Shown piece by piece: positions 49,914 through 58,189 of a stretch of DNA of 64,000 nt. Position 1 is the first letter of the stretch. Each line of letters opens with the position of its first letter. The notes below the pieces were generated by a model. That model was not told the origin of the DNA and searched no databases. It saw only the letters and a program-made list of their open reading frames with translations. Where the stretch lies: positions 26,522-90,521 of the forward strand of contig JADZEM010000023.1 of the NCBI GenBank assembly GCA_020850535.1. Reading direction: 5' to 3'. The stretch comes from Chloroflexota bacterium. GTDB lineage: Bacteria; Chloroflexota; UBA6077; JACCZL01. Both the position numbers and the translations under genes were made by a program.

Positions 49914-50821
49914 GCGTGCCGCGCGGACCTCAAGCAGGGCGCGGGGCGCCGTCCGGTGGCGGCGGGGCTCGACGGGGTCAGAACGGCCCACCGGCGGGGC
50001 ATGGCGGAGTGCCGGGCGGGCACGGCGCGCTCCCGCTGCCATCCGCGACTGTCCAGGCGATTCAGGCGGCCGGCGGGGTTGGACGGTGCAGCAATCTGTC
50101 GCTGGCGCTGAACCGCTTCGTCGATGCCTGGCGTCCGGGCTTCGCGGGAGTTGACGATGCCCGGCGCCGGCAGTTCCTGGCGGCCTGCATCGGCATCTTG
50201 CAGGACGCCCGAGTCGGCGTCCTGCTCGACCAGTATCAGGCCCGGCAGGCGGCGCTGCTGGAGAGCTATCGTCGCGATGGCTGGCAGCGCCAGATCGTGC
50301 GCGGCCGGTTGACGCGCCGACTGGTGATCGGGCTGGGGATCGCCCACCCGCTGGAGACGAATCTGGCGCTGCACCGGATCGGCGGGTTCCCCTACCTGCC
50401 GGGCAGCACGGTCAAGGGAGGCGTTCGAGCCGCTGCCGAGGAGCTCGACGGGGCCGACAGTGACGTGGTCCGCCGCGCGTTCGGCCCGGCCTCGGACGAG
50501 GATGCGCATGCACGGGGGGTGCTGGTCTTCCTGGATGCATTCCCAGAGCCCGGCTTCCGACTCGCCGTTGATGTGATGACGCCACACCACCGCGCGTACT
50601 ACACCGGGTCGGAACCGCCGGCCGACTGGCAGAGCCCGAACCCGATCCTGTTCCCGTGTGTGGAGCGAGGGTCCGTGTTCAGGTTCGCGGTCGCCTGCCG
50701 CGATTCCGACACGGCGACGTCAGGGTGGGGGCAAATCATGGATTGGTTGAATGAGGCTCTGCGAGACGGCCTGGGCGGAAAGCGGAGCGCGGGGTACGGG
50801 GCATTTGAGGTGATCGGATGA
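49910..50821 (+). CDS. cmr6: Cmr6 (type III-B Cas7-family RAMP)
   Basis: GFPYLPGSTVKGGVRAA RAMP motif and terminal G-rich loop GGKRSAGYGAF. GTG start overlapping the cmr5 stop. Confidence 0.8.
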   Translation: MSVPRGPQAGRGAPSGGGGARRGQNGPPAGHGGVPGGHGALPLPSATVQAIQAAGGVGRCSNLSLALNRFVDAWRPGFAGVDDARRRQFLAACIGILQDARVGVLLDQYQARQAALLESYRRDGWQRQIVRGRLTRRLVIGLGIAHPLETNLALHRIGGFPYLPGSTVKGGVRAAAEELDGADSDVVRRAFGPASDEDAHARGVLVFLDAFPEPGFRLAVDVMTPHHRAYYTGSEPPADWQSPNPILFPCVERGSVFRFAVACRDSDTATSGWGQIMDWLNEALRDGLGGKRSAGYGAFEVIG

Positions 50822-52128
50822 AGAGTGCGCTCATCGTGACCGTGGGGACGGCCGATCCGACGCAGCCGGACCGTGTCACGAGTCTCGTCGATTCAATAAA
50901 GAGCGCAATACAGAAGGCACGATCAGAGCGCGTTGTGCTCCTGGCAAGTGACGGAAGCATGGCCCTCGCCGAGCGGGTTCGGGCTGAGTTGGACCGGGGT
51001 GAGCAGGTGCAGATCTCACGGGTCTCGGACTCGGACCACTATGAGCGCGTGTTTCAGGATGCGCTGGTTGTATTCCGCACACTGCGGGAGACCTGTGAGC
51101 CGGCTGAGATCGAGCTCGACTTCACCAGTGGTACGAAGGCCATGTCGGTGGGAGCAGCGCTGGCTGCGGCGGTCGTCGGCAGCGGCGAGTGGCGCTACAC
51201 CGCCGGCGACCGACCGACCGGGACCGTGGCGGCTGGTACGGAAGAGATCCTCAGCCGGAGCCCTATGCGTGTGCGGGCACACTTCGACCTACAGGCTGCC
51301 GTGCGGCTGTTCGAAGCGCTCCAGTTCGCGGCGGCGCGGACGCTCCTCAGCGAGATCAATCCGGGCCTGCTCGACGACCACGGGCGCCGGCTCCACGCGA
51401 GCCTGATGGTTCTGGTCGATGCCTACGACGCGTGGGACAAGTTTGACCATGCAGGCTTCAAGGACCGCTATCGCAAGCCTGATGCCGACCTGCATGATCT
51501 TGGCGCGTTCGCCGTCGCCGACAAGGTGCGGGGCTCAATCGGGCAGATGGCTTCAGCGAACAGTAGACCGCCATCCGGAGGCCGGAAGACGACGACGACC
51601 GCGGACCACCTGGCCGACCTTTGGAATAACGCCCAGCGACGGTTGGCCGAGGGCAAGCTCGACGACGCGGTCGCGCGTCTCTATCGCCTGACCGAGATGA
51701 TCGCGCAGTACGTCCTGGATTCGACGTACGGCATCGAGACCTCCAATGTCGAACTTTCTGCGCTACCGGCGGAACTGACAGATAACGCTCGCACGTGGCT
51801 GGAGGCGATAGCTGTAGTGGTCGATGCCCAGGGCAACGAATCGAGGCAACCGGTCAAGCTCGGGCTGCGAGATGACTTCAGGCTGTTGGCCGGTCTGGGT
51901 CACGCCATTGGGCCGCTGGTGTCGCCCTTCGGCGCGAAGCCGACGCGGCTGAACCACTTCCTGGATACGCGGAACGCGAGCATCCTCGCGCACGGTACGA
52001 CACCCATCAGCGCCGATGACGCGCACGCACTGGCAGAGGAGGTCCGCGAGCTGGCGGTGCTCGCTGTCCCGGACTTCGAGGCGCGCGCCGCCCGGCTCCA
52101 GTTCCCGTGGCTGGCGACGAAAGAGTAG
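50818..52128 (+). CDS. csx1: CARF-HEPN ancillary RNase (Csx1/Csm6 family, TIGR02710-like)
   Basis: N-terminal CARF Rossmann fold (LIVTVGTADPT ... LDFTSGTKAMS). C-terminal HEPN R-X6-H motif (RNASILAHG). Confidence 0.75.
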   Translation: MKSALIVTVGTADPTQPDRVTSLVDSIKSAIQKARSERVVLLASDGSMALAERVRAELDRGEQVQISRVSDSDHYERVFQDALVVFRTLRETCEPAEIELDFTSGTKAMSVGAALAAAVVGSGEWRYTAGDRPTGTVAAGTEEILSRSPMRVRAHFDLQAAVRLFEALQFAAARTLLSEINPGLLDDHGRRLHASLMVLVDAYDAWDKFDHAGFKDRYRKPDADLHDLGAFAVADKVRGSIGQMASANSRPPSGGRKTTTTADHLADLWNNAQRRLAEGKLDDAVARLYRLTEMIAQYVLDSTYGIETSNVELSALPAELTDNARTWLEAIAVVVDAQGNESRQPVKLGLRDDFRLLAGLGHAIGPLVSPFGAKPTRLNHFLDTRNASILAHGTTPISADDAHALAEEVRELAVLAVPDFEARAARLQFPWLATKE

Positions 52129-52134
52129 CGGGTA

Positions 52135-53208
52135 ATGGCTGAGGAGGCTGCGCCGTTGGCGCCGAGGTTCCAGGTTCATCTGTTGCGGTTTCGGGCCGAG
52201 GTGACGGCGCCGCTGCTGCTCCCGCCGGCTGCCGGCGCCGCGCTACGCGGAGCACTCTTCGGGGCGCTGCGCCAGCAGTTCTGCCTGGCCGGACGCGGTC
52301 CGCGTTGCGGCCGGCCGGAGCTAGCGGCGAGCTGCCCGGTCTGCTTCCTGTTGGCCCCGGTGGACGAGCAGGATCGCCGTGGCCGCGACGTCCCCAGGCC
52401 GTACGTGCTCCGCGCCCCGATGCTCGACGTCCCGGAGGTGGTCCGTCCGCTCACCTATGCACCGGGACAGCACCTGGAGTTCGAGCTGGCGACGTTCGGG
52501 CGGGCGCTGGGGCAGTTCCCGTACGCGCTGCTGGGAGTTGAGGAGATGGGCCGGCAAGGACTCGGGGCACGGCGGCAGGGGCAGTTCCGACTGGACGAGG
52601 TCTGGGCGGTGAATCCGCTGGCCGGGCGGCAGGAGGCGATCTACCGGCGGTCCCGAGACAGCGTCGTGCGTGCCCCGAGCCTGCCGGTCGACGGCGAGCA
52701 GGTGGCGGAGGAGGCGGCCGTGCTCGCGCGGCGCGGAGGCGACCATCGACTGCGGCTGACGCTGGTCACGCCGACGCGGCTGATCGAACGGGATCGGCTG
52801 GTCAAGCAGGACGCGTTCGAGTTTGGGCCGTTCCTGGCCCGGTTGCTGGAGCGGCTGAGCGCGCTGTTCGGCCGGTACGGCGACGAGATCAGCCGTGAGG
52901 AGGGAGCCGGCCGCGACGACAGGGCTGGTGCCGGTCACGGTGTGGCCGCTCGGCCGTTCGAAGCGTCTGCGCTGCTGAGCGCGGCCGGCGGGGTCCGGAT
53001 CGCCGAGCGACGGCTGGTCTGGCGCGAGCTGTTCCGAGCCTCGGGGCGACACGGTCGGATGGTGCCGATGGGCGGCCTGATGGGCGAGGTGGTCCTGGAG
53101 GGCGACCTCGGCCCGTACCTGCCCTGGCTGGTCTGGGGCAGCCTGGTGCACGTGGGGAAGGACGCGGCGATGGGGAACGGCCAGTTCAGGCTGGAGGCGG
53201 CGGGGTGA
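52135..53208 (+). CDS. cas6: Cas6-like RAMP endoribonuclease with Cys4 insertion (alternative: divergent Cmr1)
   Basis: N-terminal LLLPPAAGAALRGALFGALR resembles the Cas6 ferredoxin-fold start. CX8CX8CX2C insertion. C-terminal Gly-rich loop GKDAAMGNGQF. Sits immediately upstream of cas1. Confidence 0.5.
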   Translation: MAEEAAPLAPRFQVHLLRFRAEVTAPLLLPPAAGAALRGALFGALRQQFCLAGRGPRCGRPELAASCPVCFLLAPVDEQDRRGRDVPRPYVLRAPMLDVPEVVRPLTYAPGQHLEFELATFGRALGQFPYALLGVEEMGRQGLGARRQGQFRLDEVWAVNPLAGRQEAIYRRSRDSVVRAPSLPVDGEQVAEEAAVLARRGGDHRLRLTLVTPTRLIERDRLVKQDAFEFGPFLARLLERLSALFGRYGDEISREEGAGRDDRAGAGHGVAARPFEASALLSAAGGVRIAERRLVWRELFRASGRHGRMVPMGGLMGEVVLEGDLGPYLPWLVWGSLVHVGKDAAMGNGQFRLEAAG

Positions 53209-54353
53209 GCGAGACCATGGGGACTGAGGCGATGCCCGAGCAGCCGACCGAGCCTGCGCCGACGATCGTGGCACCATCATCGATACGGGGGCGTGCGCGG
53301 ATCGCGACGATCGAGGATGCGGCCGGGCGGCCGGACGAGTATCTGATCGTGGATCAGTATGGGGCGTTCCTGGGCCGGCACAGCGAGCGCCTGAAGCTGA
53401 CGGTGAAGGGCGAGCTGGTAGAGGAACGTCCGCTGCTGGGGCTGGAGCACGTGCTGGTGCTGGCCGGCGGGGTGAGCCTGAGCGCGGACGCGATCCGAGG
53501 GTGCGCGGAGCGGGGCATCCAGATCAGCTTCGTCTCACGGAGCGGGGCGCCGTACGCAAAGCTGATCGCGCCTGAGCTGACGGGGACGGTCCAGACGCGT
53601 CGGCAGCAGCTGCTGGCGTTCGGGGACGAGCGTGGGGTCCACCTGGTCCGGGCGTTCGCGGTGGGCAAGCTTCAGAACCAGGCGACGCTGTTGAAGTACA
53701 TCGCGAAGTATCGCCAGACGGCGGCTCCCGAGTCGTATGAGATGGCTCGCGAGGCGGCGTTCCGGATCGAGCACCTGGCCCGGCGGATCACGGAGGTGGC
53801 TGGCGAGACAGCGGACGAGATTCGGATGCCGGTGATGAACCTGGAAGCTCAGGCGGCGCGCCACTACTGGGAAGCGGCCCGCCACCTGGTTGCATTGCCA
53901 GCCGGCGTGGAGTGGCCGGGGCGCGAGACGCGCGGGGCGGCGGACCTGGTGAACCAGTGCCTGAACTACGGCTACGGCATCCTGTACGCCCAGGTGGAGC
54001 GGTCGGTGCTGCTGGCCGGTCTGGATCCGTACGCCGGGTTCCTGCACGAGGACCGGCCCGGCAAGCCAAGCCTGGTACTGGACCTGATCGAGGAGTTCAG
54101 GTCGTACGCGGTGGACCGGTGCGTCTTCGCGTTGCTGAATCAGCGGGTCCAGCTTGCGCAGGACGACCGTGGCCGTCTTGACGACTCTACTCGGACGACG
54201 CTGGCGAAGCGGGTGAACGAGCGGCTGGAAGGTGAGGAGCAGCATGAGGGGCGGAAGCGGCGGCTGCGCACGATCATCCAGTCGCAAGCCCGGCGGGTGG
54301 CGACGTTCGTGCGCGGCGAGGCGGTCTACAAGGCGTGGGCCGGCCGGTGGTGA
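53205..54353 (+). CDS. cas1: Cas1 integrase
   Basis: Cas1 fold motifs (LKLTVKGELVE..., GVSLSADAIRGCAERGIQISFVS, catalytic region NYGYGIL...HEDRPGKPSLVLDLIEEFR). N-terminal roughly 40 aa extension makes the start uncertain. Confidence 0.85.
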   Translation: MSETMGTEAMPEQPTEPAPTIVAPSSIRGRARIATIEDAAGRPDEYLIVDQYGAFLGRHSERLKLTVKGELVEERPLLGLEHVLVLAGGVSLSADAIRGCAERGIQISFVSRSGAPYAKLIAPELTGTVQTRRQQLLAFGDERGVHLVRAFAVGKLQNQATLLKYIAKYRQTAAPESYEMAREAAFRIEHLARRITEVAGETADEIRMPVMNLEAQAARHYWEAARHLVALPAGVEWPGRETRGAADLVNQCLNYGYGILYAQVERSVLLAGLDPYAGFLHEDRPGKPSLVLDLIEEFRSYAVDRCVFALLNQRVQLAQDDRGRLDDSTRTTLAKRVNERLEGEEQHEGRKRRLRTIIQSQARRVATFVRGEAVYKAWAGRW

Positions 54354-54358
54354 CGAGC

Positions 54359-54841
54359 CTACGGTGTGCCACGGGGCGTCAGACTCTCCAGGAGCTGGTG
54401 AATGACGGCGTTGCTCAGGCGCATACCATCGGCTTGCAGCCGGCGCAGCAGCGGCTGGACCGCGTCTCTGGGGATCACGCCATCGCGGCCTGCCTGGACG
54501 AGGATACCGGCTGTGCCGATATGCAAGATGTCGCGCTCTCGGGCGATCCGTCGGGCCTGACGGTCGTCGACGAGCAAGAGCGCACTGCGCTCCGCTGCGA
54601 GCGCCAAAGCCCAGGACTCGCCCTTGTTGACGCCGGTCGCCATCTGCGCGACCAATGCTTCGGACTGTGGATCCACGATGCGCAGCCAGGTGACCCGTGC
54701 GAGCTCGGCTGCCCCCGCCCCGCCTGCTGTGATTTCCTGAAAGACAAGCGATGGGACCAGGATGTGGCCAAACAGTTGAGGCAGGAGTTCGTGCGCACCG
54801 ATGCGGGCCAGCGAGATCAGCGGGCCCGCGTCGGAGATGAC
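54359..54841 (-). CDS. PIN-like nuclease toxin, DUF3368 family
   Basis: VISDAGPLISLARIGAHELLPQLFGHILVPSLVFQEI resembles the DUF3368/PIN N-terminus. Pairs with an upstream UPF0175 gene. Start codon not resolved. Confidence 0.5.
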   Translation of the reverse strand, partial: VISDAGPLISLARIGAHELLPQLFGHILVPSLVFQEITAGGAGAAELARVTWLRIVDPQSEALVAQMATGVNKGESWALALAAERSALLLVDDRQARRIARERDILHIGTAGILVQAGRDGVIPRDAVQPLLRRLQADGMRLSNAVIHQLLESLTPRGTP

Positions 54842-55149
54842 CTCTGGGGCCGACTCTTCCAGGCGGCCAGCGTCTGCAGGTCGTGCTCCAGGCTCTCCTC
54901 GGTCACTTCGGTGTGCGGGACGCCGTGGCGCGCCAGCAGATCGAGCCACGACGCCCTCGTCAGGCCGAGCAGCTCGGCGGCCTTCCCCCCGGATAGGTCC
55001 CCACGGCGGAAGAGTTCGACGACTGCCAGCTCCATGAGGTGCCTGGCTGCTCCCTCGGGCGACGTGCCCAGCAGCCGAGCCACGCTCTCCGGCAGTTCGA
55101 TGGTGACTTGCTGCATCTTCGGCCGCGCGGGCACGGATGAGGTGCTCAT
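54817..55149 (-). CDS. UPF0175-family antitoxin (partner of DUF3368 toxin)
   Basis: Small helical protein (VTIELPESVARLLGTSPEGAARHLMELAVVELFRRGDLSGGKAAELLGLTRASWLDLLARHGV) typical of UPF0175. Overlaps the toxin start. Confidence 0.5.
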   Translation of the reverse strand: MSTSSVPARPKMQQVTIELPESVARLLGTSPEGAARHLMELAVVELFRRGDLSGGKAAELLGLTRASWLDLLARHGVPHTEVTEESLEHDLQTLAAWKSRPQRSSPTRAR

Positions 55150-55532
55150 GACTAGAGTGTACACGCAGCACGGACGCCATCACACGCTGAGCGTAGCACA
55201 TCGTCGGCGGGTCTTGCGGCCTATGGAGCAGTCTGGTACAACGAGATGAATTCTGAAGCGGTTCGGACCGGAGGGACTCGATCCGCCTCAGGGATACTGA
55301 AAAATGGACCAGTCCGGTCAATTCAGCCAAGCCCTCCGGTCTACACCGACCATCGCCCGCCCGTGCAGAGCTACCTCCCTGTATCGCCAGATCGCGATTT
55401 CCGTCAATGGCGTCGAGCTTCAGGGCGCCGGCGCGGAACACGGTGTTGGGTCGGCAGAGCACGATGCGTGTGGCATCAGTACGTAACAATCGAGTGCGCG
55501 CCGTACCTCCTACCGTAGCTGGAGGTCTCGCT

Positions 55533-55760
55533 ATGAGAAGGCCCGCCACCGATCGGCCTCGTCTGTTGAACAATCCAGGTGAACGACTTATCGCTGACGT
55601 GTTCGCACAGCGAAGCCGGAAGCACGCCTCTTGGGGCGACTGCGCCGAGCTCGTCGTCCTGACGCTGGAAGCGACAGGAGTACTCCGTCACTACGTAGAG
55701 CCGGGTATCGATCCGCTGGAGAGGATCCAGGCGTTCAACACCGACGCGGATCGCGAATGA
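55533..55760 (+). CDS. Small ORF (75 aa) translationally coupled to cas3; unknown function
   Basis: ATG at 55533 preceded by GGAGGT at optimal spacing. Stop overlaps the cas3 ATG (ATGA). No recognisable motifs. Confidence 0.4.
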   Translation: MRRPATDRPRLLNNPGERLIADVFAQRSRKHASWGDCAELVVLTLEATGVLRHYVEPGIDPLERIQAFNTDADRE

Positions 55761-58186
55761 GTGCCGAAGACCCGGCATTCGATGCCTTCTTTGCTCGCTG
55801 TAGCGGCGGTCACCGGCCGTACGCGTACCAGCGGGAAATTGCCGTGCGCCTCTTCGGATGCGCGCATCTTGACGTCTGGGCGCCCACGGGTGCCGGCAAG
55901 ACTCTGGCCGTGGTCACGCCATTCCTGTACGAGCTCCTGCGCAGCGAGCGGCCACGTTGGGACCGCCTGATCTACGTGCTGCCGCTACGGTCGCTCGTGG
56001 AGAGCATCGCCGGCGAGATTCAGCGCGTCGCCGGGCGGCTCGGGTGGTGTGCGTTGGACGTCAGGATGCAGACGGGCGAGCGCCCGGATGATGCATTCTT
56101 CTCGAAGGGACGGATCATCGTCACGACGTATGACCAGTTGCTGAGCGGGGCACTCGAAAGCCCGTACGGTCTTCCGGAGATGCTCCACAATGTCAACGCG
56201 GCGGCCGTGGCCGGGGCACTGATCGTGTTCGACGAGTACCACCTCATGCACCCGCAGCAGGCGTTCTTGACTGCCGTCGCCCACGTCAGCCAGTACAGGA
56301 CGTTCTGCCGATCGGTTTGGATGACGGCGACGGCCACCTCGCCGTTGCGGGCGATGCTCGGCACGGCGCTCGAAGCAGAGAGGATCTGCGTGCAGCCCGA
56401 CGAGCTCAACCGGATGCCGGCCGTCGCGGAGGTGGAGCGATACATCCAGGTGCAGGCGACGCCGCTGACCGCAGCCGACGTCCTCGCGGCGCACCAGGAG
56501 CGGTCGATCGTGCTGGTCAACACCGTCGCCCGTGCGAACGACCTGTTCGATGAGATCAAGGCAGAGCTGAAGCAGCGCAAGCAGCGCGAGCCGGTCGTGC
56601 TGCTCCACTCCCGGTTTTTCCCGACCGACCGTCAGGACATTGAGAAGCAGGTTCGGGAGATCTTCGGCGAGAAGAGTACGGCCTCAGCCATCCTGGTCTG
56701 CACCCAGGTGATCGAGGCCGGCATGAACATCAGCGCCCAGGTGCTGCACACCGAGGTGGCGCCGATGAGCGCGCTGGTGCAGCGGGCCGGGCGCTGCGCT
56801 CGCTTCCCGAAGCAACGAGGCGAGGTGCGGGTCTATCCGCTGCCAGCAGGCGAAGCTGGCTCCCGGCCGTGGCTGCCCTACGAGCGGGACGACGTCGAGC
56901 ACAGCCAGGCAGCACTTTCGGCTCTCAGAGAAGACGACAGCACCACCGGCATTCGTCTGGATCCGACGACGATGCAGCGACTCGTCGATGATGCGCACGC
57001 CGCAACGAACGCCCAGCAGATCAGGCGAGGCTGGCGCGACCGCCAGGACGAGATCCAGCATCGCGCCCGACTTTGCGCAGTGGGACGCCAGTCGATCACG
57101 GTCAGCGACCTGATCCGCCAGACGGACGGCCAGACAATCCGCGTCGTCATCGCATACGACCCGATCGCAACCCGGCTAAACCCGTACACTGTCGAGGGGT
57201 TCGGCCTGCGCCGCTGGGGGCTCGCCCGGCTGTTCGAGCTGGAACATCGGCCGGTCGGCTGGCGCTGGGTGCCCGACAACGTGGAAGAATGGGTGCTGCT
57301 CGAAGACCCGGGCGACCTGGACCGGGCGTTTGCCGTCTGCTTGCACCCTGGCGTCACGGCGTACTCGCGCACGGCCGGGCTGCGACTGGGGCAGGTCGGC
57401 GACGGCGAGAGCCCGGTGCGCCGGCCTCGCGGCAAGGATGCCCGCCGCCCGTACTATCGAGAGCCCTGGGCCCGCCACGCGCGGGAAGTAGGCCAGGAGG
57501 CGGCTGCGCTGGTGGCCGCCTCCGGCACCGTCCTGCTGGAAGGGCTCCGGGACGAGCGATGGCAGATCGATCTGGCACAACTGACGGTGGCTGCCCGCAC
57601 GGTCGGCCTGCTCCACGACGTCGGCAAGCTCCAGCAGCCCTGGCAAGCCTGGGCCAAACGGGCGCAACGCGAGCTTAACTCAAAGTATGTCCACGTCGAG
57701 CCGCTGGCTCACACCGACTTTGACCGCGAGAAGTCAGAGGATCGGGCGCGCGAGCAGAAGGTCAATGCTCAGGGGCGGCGGGGGCCACACGCGGCGGCGA
57801 GCGCCTGGTACAGCGCGTCGGTCGTCGTTCGCTTGCTGCGCGAGGCGCCTGCTCCAGTATCCAGGCAGTTACGCGCGGCGTGCCTGGCGGCGATCCTCGG
57901 CCACCACGGCGGCTGGATTCCAAGCACCGGCAGCGAGATCCCCGCGTTGAAGCCGCTGGTGAAGGAAGCGGACGAAGCCCTGGCCGAAGCGACCGGGCGC
58001 CAGGATCTGCCGGCGCTGGATGGACCGTCCGGCACGCTGACGGCGCGCCATCGGCTGCAACGGCTCCTCGACCCGGCCACTCGCGCAGACGTGTGGACCG
58101 ACTGGTGGCCCATTGTCGCGTATCTCACGCGCATCCTGAGACTGGCCGATCAACGCGCGACCTCGCTGTATGGAGGGGAGAGCTAG
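55757..58186 (+). CDS. cas3: Cas3 helicase with C-terminal HD nuclease domain (type I-G/I-U-like architecture)
   Basis: SF2 helicase motifs I (APTGAGKT), II (DEYH), VI (QRAGRCARF). C-terminal HD motifs (GLLHDVGKL, ILGHHGG). HD after the helicase is the I-G arrangement. Confidence 0.85.
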   Translation: MSAEDPAFDAFFARCSGGHRPYAYQREIAVRLFGCAHLDVWAPTGAGKTLAVVTPFLYELLRSERPRWDRLIYVLPLRSLVESIAGEIQRVAGRLGWCALDVRMQTGERPDDAFFSKGRIIVTTYDQLLSGALESPYGLPEMLHNVNAAAVAGALIVFDEYHLMHPQQAFLTAVAHVSQYRTFCRSVWMTATATSPLRAMLGTALEAERICVQPDELNRMPAVAEVERYIQVQATPLTAADVLAAHQERSIVLVNTVARANDLFDEIKAELKQRKQREPVVLLHSRFFPTDRQDIEKQVREIFGEKSTASAILVCTQVIEAGMNISAQVLHTEVAPMSALVQRAGRCARFPKQRGEVRVYPLPAGEAGSRPWLPYERDDVEHSQAALSALREDDSTTGIRLDPTTMQRLVDDAHAATNAQQIRRGWRDRQDEIQHRARLCAVGRQSITVSDLIRQTDGQTIRVVIAYDPIATRLNPYTVEGFGLRRWGLARLFELEHRPVGWRWVPDNVEEWVLLEDPGDLDRAFAVCLHPGVTAYSRTAGLRLGQVGDGESPVRRPRGKDARRPYYREPWARHAREVGQEAAALVAASGTVLLEGLRDERWQIDLAQLTVAARTVGLLHDVGKLQQPWQAWAKRAQRELNSKYVHVEPLAHTDFDREKSEDRAREQKVNAQGRRGPHAAASAWYSASVVVRLLREAPAPVSRQLRAACLAAILGHHGGWIPSTGSEIPALKPLVKEADEALAEATGRQDLPALDGPSGTLTARHRLQRLLDPATRADVWTDWWPIVAYLTRILRLADQRATSLYGGES

Positions 58187-58189
58187 ACC

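Noticed and set aside
55246-55518. 90-aa ORF in the cas1-cas3 intergenic region, and ORF 55407..55760 long form
   Set aside because: No RBS and implausible composition. A shorter ATG at 55533 with GGAGGT RBS is the only credible start for the downstream small ORF.
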